This document shows positions 1-10,647 of a DNA stretch of 64,000 nucleotides, piece by piece. The stretch covers positions 98,352-162,351 of the forward strand of contig CAZAOZ010000002.1 in assembly GCA_964486865.1 (NCBI GenBank). Reading direction: 5' to 3'. Made by a program: the position numbers and the translations under genes. Each line of letters begins with the position of its first letter. Within the stretch, counting starts at the first letter, position 1. The notes beneath the pieces were generated by a model. That model ran no database searches, was not told the origin of the DNA, and was given only the letters and a program-made list of their open reading frames with translations. Source of the stretch: an uncultured Bordetella sp. Lineage in GTDB: Bacteria; Pseudomonadota; Gammaproteobacteria; Burkholderiales; SG8-41.

Positions 1-275
1 AGGATGTCGTCCATGTTGGTGATCAACTGGTGGATCTGGTCGCGATCGATCGGCGTGATGAACGTGCTGTGCAGCACGAGGATCGTGTCATGGGTGATCT
101 TGTCGGCCGCGCGTTCGGCATCGTCGATGCGCCGCGCGTGATGCTCGGATTCCGCGAGATTCGCCATCAGGCCGACCAATTCCTGGCTGCCTTCGACGAT
201 GCGCGCCGCATGCGCGTTGAAAAAATCAAAAAAGCGGCCCTCGCGGGGCATCAGTTTTGAAAACAGGGTAGCCAT
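1..275 (-). CDS. DUF47 (PhoU-like) family protein, C-terminal part outside the window
   Basis: Absent from the ORF track because it runs off the left edge. Reverse translation from ATG (275-273) gives MATLFSKLMPREGRFFDFFNAHAARIVEGSQELVGLMANLAESEHHARRIDDAERAADKITHDTILVLHSTFITPIDRDQIHQLITNMDDI. This is the typical N-terminus of DUF47 proteins, which usually precede a PiT phosphate transporter. Confidence 0.7.
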   Translation of the reverse strand, partial: MATLFSKLMPREGRFFDFFNAHAARIVEGSQELVGLMANLAESEHHARRIDDAERAADKITHDTILVLHSTFITPIDRDQIHQLITNMDDI

Positions 276-289
276 GATGTGCGCCTGTG

Positions 290-331
290 ATATTGGTTAA
301 GTTATTGTTTTTATTAATAATTATTATTTAT
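290..331 (-). promoter_or_regulatory. AT-rich IHF-site-like motif, copy d (core AATAAAAACAA-TAAC-TTA on minus strand)
   Basis: TTGTTTTTATT at 305-315 is the reverse complement of the 11-mer found at 5176, 39117 and 61165. It lies about 30 bp upstream of the DUF47 start, in the divergent promoter region. Confidence 0.35.
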
Positions 332-529
332 CCGGAACTCGGCCACCGCAGCACCTGCTCCCGGCGCACGAAGCTTACCGAATTAAGTCGCGCCCGGCCA
401 TATCTGCCGGTACGGTGCGGCCCCTCCGGATTGCGGCACCAAGGCGCCGGCGAAACGTCTGACCTTGCTCATTGCTGTGTGCCGGCGGTTCCGCTACAGT
501 CCGCGCCGCATCACCACACCCGCCCTGTC

Positions 530-1117
530 ATGGAAGCATTTCTCCTCTCTACCGGTATCGTCGCCCTTGCTGAAATCGGCGACAAGACGCAATTGCTCGC
601 GCTGGTGCTCGCCGCGCGTTTCAAAAAACCGTGGCCGATCATTGCCGGCATCCTGGTTGCGACACTCGCCAATCACGCGCTCGCCGGCAGTCTCGGCGCC
701 TGGGCCAGCGTCCAGTTGGGCCCCCAGGTGATGCGCTGGATACTCGGCGTGTCGTTCCTCGCGATGGCGGCGTGGATGCTGATCCCGGACAAGATTGACG
801 CCGACGCTGCCGGCGCGCAGCGCGCACCTTTCGGCGTATTCGGCGTCACCACCGTCGCGTTTTTCCTCGCCGAAATGGCCGACAAGACACAGATCGCCAC
901 CATTGCCCTCGCCGCCCGCTTCGACGCGCTGAGCGCCGTCATCCTCGGCACCACGCTGGGCATGATGATCGCCAACGTGCCCGCCGTGCTGCTCGGCGAA
1001 ATCGCCACCCGGAAAATCCCGGCAAAAATCGTGCATGCCATCGCCGCGCTGATCTTCGCGGCACTGGGCATTGCGGTGTTGTGGGGGCCGGTGCCGGACT
1101 GGATGATCGGGCACTAG
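530..1117 (+). CDS. TMEM165/GDT1 (UPF0016) family cation transporter
   Basis: Trimmed from ORF 287..1117 to ATG 530 (MEAFLLSTGIVALAEIGDKTQLLAL...). It has two copies of the E-x-G-D-K-T/S motif (EIGDKTQ, EMADKTQ) and is hydrophobic throughout. Confidence 0.85.
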   Translation: MEAFLLSTGIVALAEIGDKTQLLALVLAARFKKPWPIIAGILVATLANHALAGSLGAWASVQLGPQVMRWILGVSFLAMAAWMLIPDKIDADAAGAQRAPFGVFGVTTVAFFLAEMADKTQIATIALAARFDALSAVILGTTLGMMIANVPAVLLGEIATRKIPAKIVHAIAALIFAALGIAVLWGPVPDWMIGH

Positions 1118-1122
1118 CGCGA

Positions 1123-1178
1123 CACCAAAATACAAAAGCCGCCCTGCGCGGGACTTTGGCGTAAATCCGTGGAGGAGG
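1123..1178. repeat. Degenerate direct copy of the tRNA-Ala 3' end / trailer region
   Basis: CACCAAAATACAAAAGCCGCCCTGCG...GTGGAGGAGG compared with CACCAAATACAAAAGCCGCCCTGCG...GTGGAGTGGAGGAGG at 1597-1652. The first 25-26 nt are identical apart from one indel, and the rest has decayed. Confidence 0.6.
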
Positions 1179-1181
1179 TTG

Positions 1182-1211
1182 TGCTGGTATCGCCAGAAGG
1201 CGATACCAGCA
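1182..1211. other. Perfect 13-bp stem hairpin (TGCTGGTATCGCC-AGAA-GGCGATACCAGCA)
   Basis: Read directly from the sequence. It lies 65 nt downstream of the GDT1-family stop and has no U-tract, so it is not a canonical terminator. Confidence 0.5.
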
Positions 1212-1286
1212 TCCCGCGTCGACGTGCGCCGCGGGACCGCCGGCGCGCTTTCGCGCTCCGGCGTCCTGCGCGCAGTCCCCCGGACC

Positions 1287-1555
1287 AGGGCCTGTTAACC
1301 ATCATTTCGTGAGTGCGACGGCGACGATTGGGCCCCAGGGCTAGAAGCGTCGAGCGTGGTTTGCCCTTAGGCAAATAAGCGAAGGCGCGACAACGCCCTG
1401 GGGCCCAATCGTCCCGTCCCTGCGGGTTGTGGCCAAAATCGCCACTGGCTGCGTTGCTCGCCTTGCCCATATTCCCGATATGGGCCGCGGCAAGCGCCTT
1501 GCCACTGACAATTTTGGCCGCAACGCATCTCACGAAATGATGGTTAACAGGCCCT
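1287..1555. repeat. 269-bp nested inverted-repeat element (MITE-like or structured RNA)
   Basis: 27-bp perfect terminal inverted repeats: AGGGCCTGTTAACCATCATTTCGTGAG (1287-1313) and its complement (1529-1555). Inner 18-bp perfect IR: 1324-1341 with 1395-1412. A second inner stem pairs GGCCAAAAT 1431-1439 with ATTTTGGCC 1511-1519 and encloses the hairpin GCCCATAT/ATATGGGC (1465-1485). Confidence 0.6.
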
Positions 1556-1587
1556 AGCTGGTCGAACTCGAGGGAGTGGCTCACCAG

Positions 1588-1635
1588 CCTCCACTCCACC
1601 AAATACAAAAGCCGCCCTGCGGCGGCTTTTGTATT

Positions 1636-1649
<14 letters not shown>
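1588..1649 (-). terminator. 29-bp perfect inverted repeat (4-nt loop) downstream of, and overlapping, the tRNA-Ala 3' end
   Basis: CCTCCACTCCACCAAATACAAAAGCCGCC-ctgc-GGCGGCTTTTGTATTTGGTGGAGTGGAGG. The inner 15 bp plus the U-run form a terminator-like hairpin for the minus-strand tRNA transcript. The outer 14 nt duplicate the tRNA 3' end in inverted orientation. Confidence 0.6.
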
Positions 1650-1711
<62 letters not shown>

Positions 1712-1725
1712 TCAAAGAGCGGCGG

Positions 1726-1754
1726 ATTTTACCCGCTTGCCCCGCCTGCAGCAA
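1726..1754 (-). promoter_or_regulatory. Putative sigma70 promoter of tRNA-Ala
   Basis: On the minus strand TTGCTG is followed by a 17-nt spacer and TAAAAT, ending 14 nt upstream of tRNA position 1. Confidence 0.4.
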
Positions 1755-1817
1755 ATCGGCGGGCGGGTGCGGGCTGCGGACTATAATCTAGCCGCAGAAC
1801 CTCTGGAGGACTCCGCC

Positions 1818-2597
1818 TTGGACATCAAGCCCCCCTACGGCTATCAGGAAATCGTCCCGCTGACGAAGACGCACAGGGTTTTGTTGCCGGAAGAACGCAG
1901 GCTGCCGGTGCTGTTCCGCCACCTGACCGCGCTGCCGCTGTCGTTCACGGAATTCGCGGTTGCTGTGCATGACTATCCGATTGCCTTCATCTCCGGCGAC
2001 AACGGCCGGAGTTTCGTGGCCATGGCCGTACTGGGCCTCGAGCAGCAGCAGAACCTTTTTGTCACCGGCGACGATGCCTGGGATGCGCAGGCCTACGTCC
2101 CCGCCTATGTGCGCCGCTACCCGTTCTGCATGACCCGGGTGACGGTGGACGGGCAGGAGCAGGCTGAACGCATCGCCTGCGTCGAAAAACGCGCGCTGAA
2201 ACCCAGGGGCGAGGCGTTGTATGACGACAAGGGCGAACCGCTGCCGGTCTGGGAAAACCGGCGCAAGCTGCTGTTCGAGTTCGAGGCCGACCTCGCGCGC
2301 ACCGAAGAAATGTGCCGGCGGCTGCACGAACTGCAATTGCTGGACACTTTCACTGCACAGGCGGCGCCGACCGGCGAGGCGCCGATCACGCTGACCGGCA
2401 TGTACCGCATTTCGGAAGAACGCCTGCACGCGCTGCCGGCGGATACGCTGAAGGAACTGGCACAGAGCGGCATCCTGTCGCGGGCGTACATACATCTGTT
2501 GTCGCTGGGCAATTTCCAGCGCCTGCTGGGGCGGCGAGCACAACGCCGCGCGCAGACCACGCCGGCGGGAACCATGGATCCGAAAAAGCTGAACTAG
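1818..2597 (+). CDS. SapC family protein
   Basis: ORF 1737..2597 trimmed to TTG 1818, which has GGAGGA 7 nt upstream; the longer form would overlap the tRNA promoter. The sequence ([16 protein letters not shown]...[11 protein letters not shown]...[11 protein letters not shown]) is typical of SapC. Confidence 0.7.
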   Translation: MDIKPPYGYQEIVPLTKTHRVLLPEERRLPVLFRHLTALPLSFTEFAVAVHDYPIAFISGDNGRSFVAMAVLGLEQQQNLFVTGDDAWDAQAYVPAYVRRYPFCMTRVTVDGQEQAERIACVEKRALKPRGEALYDDKGEPLPVWENRRKLLFEFEADLARTEEMCRRLHELQLLDTFTAQAAPTGEAPITLTGMYRISEERLHALPADTLKELAQSGILSRAYIHLLSLGNFQRLLGRRAQRRAQTTPAGTMDPKKLN

Positions 2598-3397
2598 GTT
2601 TTGTCAGCAGTCGCCGCGGGCGGGCGGGTCAGCGCCCAGGCCAGCATCGCCGCGCCGGCGAGCACCATCGGAGCCGACAGCCACTGCCCCATCGACAGGC
2701 CCAGCGCCAGCAGCCCGAGAAAACCGTCGGGTTCGCGCGTGTACTCCACACCGAAGCGGAATGCCCCGTAACCGATCAGGAACAGCGCCGACGCCGCGCC
2801 GCGCGGACGCGGTTTCTGTGTGAACAGCCACAGGATCACGAACAGCACGACGCCTTCGAGCGCAAATTCATACAGTTGCGAGGGATGCCGCGCCACGCGA
2901 TCGACGTTGGGGAACACCATCGCCCACGGCACATCGGTCGCACGCCCCCACAGTTCGGCATTGATGAAATTGCCCATGCGCCCCGCCGCCAGCCCCAGCG
3001 GCACCAGCGGCGCGATGAAATCGGTGATGCGCAGCCAGTCCTGGCGGCGGCTGCGCGCGAACCAGATCATCGCAATGACCACGCCGAGAAATCCGCCGTG
3101 GAACGACATGCCGCCTTCCCATACGTAGAACACTTTCCACGGCGCCGCCAGGTACTCGCTGAACTTGTAGAACAGCACGTAACCCAGCCGGCCGCCGAGT
3201 ATGGTGCCGAGGATGCCGAAGAACAGCGCGTCGTCGAGGTCGGTGCGCGTCCATACGCCGCCCGGATTGCGGTCGATGCGGTAACGGCCGGCCAGCCAGA
3301 ACAGGCCGAAGCCGAGCAGGTACATCAGCCCGTACCAGCGCAAGGCAAGCGGCCCGATCTGCAAGGCCACGGGGTCGAACTGCGGGTGTATGAACAT
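2594..3397 (-). CDS. lgt: Prolipoprotein diacylglyceryl transferase
   Basis: ORF 2594..3619 trimmed to ATG 3397 ([30 protein letters not shown]...[11 protein letters not shown]...[14 protein letters not shown]). This is the Lgt signature. Confidence 0.9.
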   Translation of the reverse strand: MFIHPQFDPVALQIGPLALRWYGLMYLLGFGLFWLAGRYRIDRNPGGVWTRTDLDDALFFGILGTILGGRLGYVLFYKFSEYLAAPWKVFYVWEGGMSFHGGFLGVVIAMIWFARSRRQDWLRITDFIAPLVPLGLAAGRMGNFINAELWGRATDVPWAMVFPNVDRVARHPSQLYEFALEGVVLFVILWLFTQKPRPRGAASALFLIGYGAFRFGVEYTREPDGFLGLLALGLSMGQWLSAPMVLAGAAMLAWALTRPPAATADKT

Positions 3398-3487
3398 GGG
3401 AAGTTTCAGGGGATGCGATAAAATGTGACTCGCATTATACGTGCCCTGCCCCGGCGCACAGCCGCCCGACCCTACTGGAGAATTCAC

Positions 3488-5161
3488 ATGCCGTTGAACA
3501 AACGCAGCCAACTGATCACCGCCGGTGTCGCACGCGCGCCCAACCGCGCCATGCTGCGCGCGGTCGGTTTCGGTGACGGCGACTTCGAGAAACCCATTGT
3601 CGGGGTGGCCAACGGCCACTCGACCATGAATCCGTGCAATGCCGGCATCCAGCCGCTGGTCGATCGCGCCATCGCCGCGCTCAAATCAGCCGGCGCGATG
3701 CCGCAGGTGTTCGGCGTGCCGACCATCACCGACGGCATCGGCATGGGCACCGAGGCGATGAAGTATTCGCTGGTGTCGCGCGAAGTCATCGCCGACTGCA
3801 TCGAAACCGCCGTCAACGGCCAGGCCATGGACGGCGTGCTGGTCTGCGGCGGCTGCGACAAGAACATGCCTGGCGGCATGATCGCGATGCTGCGCATGAA
3901 CGTGCCCGGCATCTACGTCTATGCCGGCACCATCAAGCCCGGCAAATGGAAAGGCCAGGATCTGACGGTGGTCAGCGCCTTCGAGGCCGTCGGCGCCTAC
4001 GCCGCGGGCAAGATGAGCGACGAGGATTTCATCGGCATCGAGAAAAACGCCTGCCCGTCGGTGGGCGCCTGCGGCGGCATGTTCACCGCCAACACCATGT
4101 CGTCGTCGTTCGAGGCACTGGGCATGAGCGCGCTCGGCTCATCGCAAATGGCCTCGCCGGATCCGGAGAAGGCCGACTCGGCCGCCGCATCCGCGCTGCT
4201 GCTGGTCAACGCCATCAAGCAGAACATCAAACCGCGCGACATCGTCACCCGCAAATCCATCGAAAACGCGGTGGCGCTGATCATGGCCACCGGCGGCTCG
4301 ACCAACGCCGTGCTGCATTACCTCGCCATCGCGCACGCCGCGCAAGTGAAATGGACCATCGACGATTTCGAGCGCGTGCGCCGCAAGGTGCCGGTGCTGT
4401 GCGACCTGAAACCGTCGGGGCGCTACGTGGCCGTCGATTTCCACCGCGCCGGCGGCGTGCCGCAGGTGCTGAAAATGCTGCTCAAGCACGGGCTGCTGCA
4501 CGGCGAGTGCATGACCATCAGCGGCCAGACCATGGCGCAGGCGCTGGCGAATGTTCCCGATCATCCACGCGCCGATCAGAATGTGATTCGCCAGTGGGAC
4601 AACCCGATGTACAAAAAAGGCCATCTCGCGATACTCAAAGGCAATCTTTCGCCCGAGGGTTGCGTCGCCAAAATCACTGGCCTCAAATCGCCGAAAATCA
4701 CCGGTCCGGCGCGCGTGTTCGACTCCGAAGTGGCGAGCATGAAAGCGATCATGGCCAAGAAAATCAAGGCGGGCGACATCGTGGTCATCCGCTACGAAGG
4801 CCCCAAAGGCGGACCCGGCATGCAGGAGATGCTCGCCCCCACCGGCGCGTTGATCGGCCAGGGCCTCGGCGAATCCGTGGGTCTGATCACCGACGGACGT
4901 TTTTCCGGCGGCACCTGGGGCATGGTGGTCGGCCATGTCGCACCTGAGGCTTTTGAAGGCGGCCCGATTGCGCTGATCAAGGAAGGCGACTCGATCACCA
5001 TCGACGCCCACAAGCTGCTGATCCAGCTCAACGTCTCCGCGAAAGAACTCGCGGCGCGCAAAAAGAAATGGAAACAGCCGAAACCGCGCTATACCCGCGG
5101 CGCACTTGCCAAGTTTGCGCGCCTGGTTTCGACCGCCAGCAAGGGTGCCGTCACGGATTAG
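3488..5161 (+). CDS. ilvD: Dihydroxy-acid dehydratase
   Basis: ORF 3425..5161 trimmed to ATG 3488, which has GGAGA upstream. Contains [28 protein letters not shown]...CDKNMPG...TDGRFSGGT. Confidence 0.95.
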   Translation: MPLNKRSQLITAGVARAPNRAMLRAVGFGDGDFEKPIVGVANGHSTMNPCNAGIQPLVDRAIAALKSAGAMPQVFGVPTITDGIGMGTEAMKYSLVSREVIADCIETAVNGQAMDGVLVCGGCDKNMPGGMIAMLRMNVPGIYVYAGTIKPGKWKGQDLTVVSAFEAVGAYAAGKMSDEDFIGIEKNACPSVGACGGMFTANTMSSSFEALGMSALGSSQMASPDPEKADSAAASALLLVNAIKQNIKPRDIVTRKSIENAVALIMATGGSTNAVLHYLAIAHAAQVKWTIDDFERVRRKVPVLCDLKPSGRYVAVDFHRAGGVPQVLKMLLKHGLLHGECMTISGQTMAQALANVPDHPRADQNVIRQWDNPMYKKGHLAILKGNLSPEGCVAKITGLKSPKITGPARVFDSEVASMKAIMAKKIKAGDIVVIRYEGPKGGPGMQEMLAPTGALIGQGLGESVGLITDGRFSGGTWGMVVGHVAPEAFEGGPIALIKEGDSITIDAHKLLIQLNVSAKELAARKKKWKQPKPRYTRGALAKFARLVSTASKGAVTD

Positions 5162-5200
5162 TTTATAAAATAATGAATAAAAACAATTGGTTATATAAAC
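5162..5200 (+). promoter_or_regulatory. AT-rich IHF-site-like motif, copy a
   Basis: TTTATAAAATAATGAATAAAAACAATTGGTTATATAAAC lies immediately after the ilvD stop and ~100 bp upstream of the cytochrome c gene. The core AAACAA-TTGG-TTA resembles WATCAA-N4-TTR and has an A/T tract 5' of it. Confidence 0.35.
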
Positions 5201-5292
5201 TCCCGGGTGGGCCGGCCTCGCCATTCCAGACCTGCCATGTCATCGGCTACAATCGCGGCACTTTTTTTGACTTCACCACTCAGGGAGTAATC

Positions 5293-5601
5293 ATGAAACT
5301 GGTTTTGATCGCCATGGCCGCCGCCGGCACACTCGCCGCGGGCACCGTTGCCGCATCGGAAAAACTCGCGCAGGCGAACGGCTGCATGACCTGTCATGCC
5401 ATCGACAAGAAACTCATCGGGCCTGGCTTCAAGGAAATCGCAGCCAAGTACAAGAGCGACAAGGGCGCCGAGGCCCGGCTGGCGCAGAAAATCAAGGCCG
5501 GCGGCACCGGGGTCTGGGGTACGACGCCCATGCCGCCCAATGCGCATGTCAAGGAAGACGACATCAAAGCCCTCGCGCACTGGGTGATGACGCAGAAGTA
5601 G
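5293..5601 (+). CDS. Class I cytochrome c (c551/c552 type)
   Basis: ORF 5068..5601 trimmed to ATG 5293 (GGGAG upstream). It has a signal peptide MKLVLIAMAAAGTLAAGTVAA, the haem motif CMTCH, and a distal Met in GTTPMPPN. Confidence 0.85.
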   Translation: MKLVLIAMAAAGTLAAGTVAASEKLAQANGCMTCHAIDKKLIGPGFKEIAAKYKSDKGAEARLAQKIKAGGTGVWGTTPMPPNAHVKEDDIKALAHWVMTQK

Positions 5602-5624
5602 GTCGGCACTGTCATCTGTTCCGC

Positions 5625-5651
5625 AAAAAGCCGGCTGCCGCCGACTTTTTT
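5625..5651 (+). terminator. Rho-independent terminator-like hairpin after the cytochrome c gene
   Basis: AAAAAGCCGGC-TGCC-GCCGACTTTTTT: a GC stem with one mismatch, flanked by an A-run and a T-run. Confidence 0.5.
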
Positions 5652-5667
5652 GTGATATCCGCCTAAA

Positions 5668-5696
5668 TTGACATTGTGCCGGGCAACTCTGATAAT
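5668..5696 (+). promoter_or_regulatory. Putative sigma70 promoter of the liv operon
   Basis: TTGACA (5668-5673), an exact 17-nt spacer, then GATAAT (5691-5696). It lies 140 bp upstream of the binding-protein start. Confidence 0.5.
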
Positions 5697-5837
5697 CTAT
5701 AAAATATCTTTCAGTAACAATGACTTAAACAAGAACCCGGCAAGCGACCCGCAGAAATTCGACAAGCACTCACTGCAAAATCCGGCGGCAGCCGCAGCGT
5801 TGCACGCCATACTGAATGAACACACCACGGAGCCTTC

Positions 5838-7097
<1,260 letters not shown>

Positions 7098-7110
7098 CCC
7101 GCAACAACTG

Positions 7111-7145
7111 AGACAACGGCACCCTTAGCGGTGCCGTTGCTGTCT
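7111..7145 (+). other. Intercistronic hairpin between livK and livH
   Basis: AGACAACGGCAC-ccttagcg-GTGCCGTTGcTGTCT, a stem of 9 bp plus 5 bp with a bulge. There is no U-run. It may be a processing or stability element that raises binding-protein expression. Confidence 0.35.
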
Positions 7146-7161
7146 TAGGCGCCCGCTCATC

Positions 7162-8085
7162 ATGGAAATTTTCGCGCAACAACTCGTCAACGGCCTGGTG
7201 CTGGGCAGCATCTACGCGCTGGTCGCGCTCGGCTACACCATGGTCTACGGCATCCTCGGCCTGATCAACTTTGCGCATGGCGACATCACGATGATCGGCG
7301 CGCTGGTGGCGCTGACAGTCGCCCAACTGCTGGCGGCCGCGGGGCTGCCGGTGCCGGCGGTGCTGCTGCTCGCCGGCGCCGCCGCAATGATCGTCTGCGT
7401 ATGCCTCGGCGTCTCCATCGAGCGTGTCGCCTACCGGCCGCTGCGCCGCGCGCCGCGGCTGGCGCCGCTGATCACCGCCATCGGGATATCCATCCTGCTG
7501 CAATATTCCGCCGCGCTGATCTGGGGCAAGCAGTATCTGTCGATGCCGGAACTGGTCACGCCGGTGCGCATCACCATTGCCGGCGCACAACTGACGGGGC
7601 TGCAGGCGACGATTTTCGTGCTGGCATGCGCCATCATGGCGGGCCTGCTGTGGTTCATCAAATCGAGCCGCATGGGCCGCGCCATGCGCGCCACCGAGCA
7701 GAACCCGGATATCGCCGGACTGATGGGCGTCAATATCAATACGGTCATTACCTTCACTTTCATTCTCGGCTCGGCGATTGCCGCCGTCGCCGGGTTGATG
7801 ATCGTGCTGTATTACGGCATCGGCCACTACTTCATGGGTTTCATGCTGGGCCTGAAGGCCTTTACCGCAGCCGTACTCGGCGGCATCGGCAATGTCGCCG
7901 GCGCGGTACTCGGCGGCCTGCTGCTCGGCGTCATCGAGAGCCTCGCTTCCGGCTACATCGGCGACATCACCGGCGGCGTGCTGGGCAGCAACTACCGCGA
8001 TGTGTTTGCATTCCTGGTACTGATCCTGGTGCTGGTGCTGCGCCCGTCGGGGTTGATGGGACAGCACAGCGGGGATCGCGCGTGA
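7162..8085 (+). CDS. livH: Branched-chain amino acid ABC transporter permease
   Basis: MEIFAQQLVNGLVLGSIYALVALGYTMVYGILGLINFAHGD... matches the LivH family over its full length. Confidence 0.9.
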   Translation: MEIFAQQLVNGLVLGSIYALVALGYTMVYGILGLINFAHGDITMIGALVALTVAQLLAAAGLPVPAVLLLAGAAAMIVCVCLGVSIERVAYRPLRRAPRLAPLITAIGISILLQYSAALIWGKQYLSMPELVTPVRITIAGAQLTGLQATIFVLACAIMAGLLWFIKSSRMGRAMRATEQNPDIAGLMGVNINTVITFTFILGSAIAAVAGLMIVLYYGIGHYFMGFMLGLKAFTAAVLGGIGNVAGAVLGGLLLGVIESLASGYIGDITGGVLGSNYRDVFAFLVLILVLVLRPSGLMGQHSGDRA

Positions 8086-9164
8086 ATCATTTCCTGCCCC
8101 TGTTGCCGGCACGCGACGCCCGGCGCTGGATGGCTTGGGCCGGGCTGGCGTTGCTGCTGCTGGCCGCACCTTTCCTGATCGAGGCGCTGCTCGGACGCGC
8201 CTGGGTGCGCATCGCCGACGTGGCGCTGCTGTTCATCATGCTCGCGCTGGGGCTGAACATCGTGGTGGGCTTCGCCGGCCTGCTTGATCTCGGCTACATC
8301 GCATTTTTTGCCGTCGGCGCCTACAGCTACGCCTTGCTGGCATCGCCGCAGTTCGACGTGCATTGGCCGTTCCTGGTGCTGTTGCCGCTGGGCGCCGCGG
8401 TTGCGGGCTTTTTCGGAATCCTGCTCGGCGCGCCGACGCTGCGCCTGCGCGGCGACTATCTGGCCATCGTCACGCTGGGTTTCGGCGAAATCATCCGCGT
8501 GTTCCTGAACAACCTGAACCGGCCGTTCAATATCACCAACGGGCCGCAGGGCATCACGCTGATCGACCCTCTGCAGGCCGGCGGTTTTTCCCTGGCCCAG
8601 ACCCATGTGTTTGCCGGCCTGACCATCGCGCCGGTACACAGCTATTACTTTGTGTTCCTCGGCTGCGCCGTGCTGTCCATCCTCATCTCGCTGCGCCTGG
8701 AGCGTTCGCGCATCGGCCGCGCCTGGGCCGCGATCCGCGACGACGAACTGGCCGCGGCCTCAACGGGCATCAATACCCGCAACCTGAAACTGCTGGCCTT
8801 CGCGATGGGGGCGACGTTTGGCGGTGTTGCGGGCGGGCTTTTCGCATCGTTCCAGGGCTTTGTCAGTCCCGAGAGCTTCCATCTGCTCGACTCGATCATG
8901 GTGTTGTGCATGGTGGTTCTGGGCGGCATGGGCAATGTCGGCGGCGTGGTCCTCGGCGCCGTCCTGCTCACGGTGCTGCCGGAAGCGCTGCGCTATATCG
9001 GCCCGCTGCAGCAAAGCTGGTTCGGTGCGGTGTTTGTCGATCCATCGGATCTGCGCATGCTGCTGTTCGGCCTGGCGCTGGTATTGATGATGCTGTTCCG
9101 GCCGGAAGGCCTCTGGCCGTCGCGACAGCGGCGCGCAGCGGGGAAAGTGCATGCTGCCGGCTGA
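8082..9164 (+). CDS. livM: Branched-chain amino acid ABC transporter permease
   Basis: Taken from the frame of ORF 7401..9164, starting at GTG 8082, which overlaps the livH stop (GTGA). Contains LGLNIVVGFAGLLDLGYIAFFAVGAY...TLRLRGDYLAIVTLGFGEI. Confidence 0.85.
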   Translation: MNHFLPLLPARDARRWMAWAGLALLLLAAPFLIEALLGRAWVRIADVALLFIMLALGLNIVVGFAGLLDLGYIAFFAVGAYSYALLASPQFDVHWPFLVLLPLGAAVAGFFGILLGAPTLRLRGDYLAIVTLGFGEIIRVFLNNLNRPFNITNGPQGITLIDPLQAGGFSLAQTHVFAGLTIAPVHSYYFVFLGCAVLSILISLRLERSRIGRAWAAIRDDELAAASTGINTRNLKLLAFAMGATFGGVAGGLFASFQGFVSPESFHLLDSIMVLCMVVLGGMGNVGGVVLGAVLLTVLPEALRYIGPLQQSWFGAVFVDPSDLRMLLFGLALVLMMLFRPEGLWPSRQRRAAGKVHAAG

Positions 9165-9933
9165 TACCCCCCTGCTCTCCGCCACCGGCATCAGCAAGCA
9201 CTTCGGCGGACTGGCGGCGCTGTCGGATGTGTCCATCACCGTCCGTCGCGGCGAAATCTGCGGATTGATCGGACCGAATGGCGCCGGCAAAACGACGCTG
9301 TTCAACATACTGACGGGCATTTACGCGCCCGATGCCGGTGAGCTGATGTTCGACGGCATGCGGCTGACCGGCATGAAACCACACCGTGTCGCCGCGTGCG
9401 GCATCGCGCGCACCTTCCAGAACATCCGGCTGTTCGGCAGCATGACGGCGCTGGAGAACGTGATGGTCGGCCGGCATGTGCGCACGCGGGCCGGCGTGCT
9501 GGGGGCCGTATTCCGGACCCGGAAAACCGTCACCGAGGAACGCGCCGTCGTCCGCCGCGCCCATGAACTGCTCGACTACTGCGGACTCACGGCGCGCGCG
9601 GACGACCGTGCGCGCGATCTGCCGTACGGCGATCAGCGCCGGCTGGAAATTGCCCGCGCACTGGCGACCGATCCGCGACTGCTCGCACTCGATGAGCCGG
9701 CCGCGGGCATGAACGCCACTGAAACCGGCGTGCTGAAACAATTGCTGGAACAGATCCGCGCCGACGGCGTCACCCTGTTGCTGATCGAGCACGACATGAA
9801 ACTGGTCATGAGCCTTTCGCACAGCGTGACCGTGCTGGATTACGGCGAAAAAATCGCCGAAGGCGAGCCGGCGGTGGTGCGCCGCGATCCCAAGGTGGTC
9901 GAGGCCTATCTCGGCAGCGCCCCGGAGAACTGA
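9151..9933 (+). CDS. livG: Branched-chain amino acid ABC transporter ATP-binding protein
   Basis: Walker A GPNGAGKTT, signature YGDQRRLEIARAL, Walker B LLALDEPAAG. Confidence 0.9.
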   Translation: MLPADTPLLSATGISKHFGGLAALSDVSITVRRGEICGLIGPNGAGKTTLFNILTGIYAPDAGELMFDGMRLTGMKPHRVAACGIARTFQNIRLFGSMTALENVMVGRHVRTRAGVLGAVFRTRKTVTEERAVVRRAHELLDYCGLTARADDRARDLPYGDQRRLEIARALATDPRLLALDEPAAGMNATETGVLKQLLEQIRADGVTLLLIEHDMKLVMSLSHSVTVLDYGEKIAEGEPAVVRRDPKVVEAYLGSAPEN

Positions 9934-9942
9934 GCCGACCAT

Positions 9943-10647
9943 ATGCTCAACGTGCGTGGACTCGAGGTCGCCTATGGCGGCATCAAAGCCGTCAAGGGTA
10001 TCGACCTCACCGTCGGCGCCGGCGAGGTGGTGGCTTTGATCGGCGCCAATGGTGCGGGCAAGACCACCACGCTGCGGGCGCTGGCCGGATTGCTGCAGCC
10101 GAAAGCGGGCCGGATCACCTATGACGGTGCGGATATCACGGGCAAACCGGCGTATGATCTGGTGCGGCGCGGCCTTGCCATGGTGCCGGAGGGGCGCGGG
10201 GTGTTTCCGCGCCTGACCGTGGCGGAAAATCTGGCGATGGGCGCTTATATCCAGAATGACAAAGGCATGATTGAGCGCGATTTGCAGCATGTCTGCCGGC
10301 TGTTTCCGCGGCTCGCCGAACGGCAGGCACAAATGGCCGGCACACTGTCCGGCGGCGAACAGCAGATGCTGGCACTGGCGCGCGCGCTGATGTGCCGCCC
10401 GCGGCTGCTGCTGCTGGACGAACCCAGCATGGGTCTCGCGCCGCTGATGGTGCAGAAGATTTTCGAGACCATGCGCATGATTGCAGCAGAAGGTGTGACC
10501 ATGCTGCTGGTCGAGCAGAACGCCAGGCTGGCGCTGCAAACCTGCAGTCGCGGCTATGTGATGGAAAGCGGCAACATCGTCCTCGCTGACGACGCGAAGG
10601 CGCTGTTGTCCAGCACACAAGTGAGGCATGCGTATCTTGGAGAATAG
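9943..10647 (+). CDS. livF: Branched-chain amino acid ABC transporter ATP-binding protein
   Basis: Walker A GANGAGKTT, signature LSGGEQQMLALARAL, Walker B LLLLDEPSMGL. Confidence 0.9.
   Translation: MLNVRGLEVAYGGIKAVKGIDLTVGAGEVVALIGANGAGKTTTLRALAGLLQPKAGRITYDGADITGKPAYDLVRRGLAMVPEGRGVFPRLTVAENLAMGAYIQNDKGMIERDLQHVCRLFPRLAERQAQMAGTLSGGEQQMLALARALMCRPRLLLLDEPSMGLAPLMVQKIFETMRMIAAEGVTMLLVEQNARLALQTCSRGYVMESGNIVLADDAKALLSSTQVRHAYLGE

Noticed and set aside
331-529. Possible yybP-ykoY (Mn2+) riboswitch upstream of the GDT1/UPF0016 transporter, a frequent association.
   Set aside because: I could not find the conserved GGGGAGUAG / UUGACAUA / AGCAAGACC-type core sequences on the plus strand. It would need an Infernal scan to be sure.
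1782-1787. TATAAT at 1782-1787 flanked by CTGCGG/CCGCAG, as the promoter of the SapC-family gene.
   Set aside because: The -10 hexamer is perfect, but I could not find a credible -35 at 17 +/- 1 bp. The start codon is only ~30 nt downstream. This is too weak to list as a feature.
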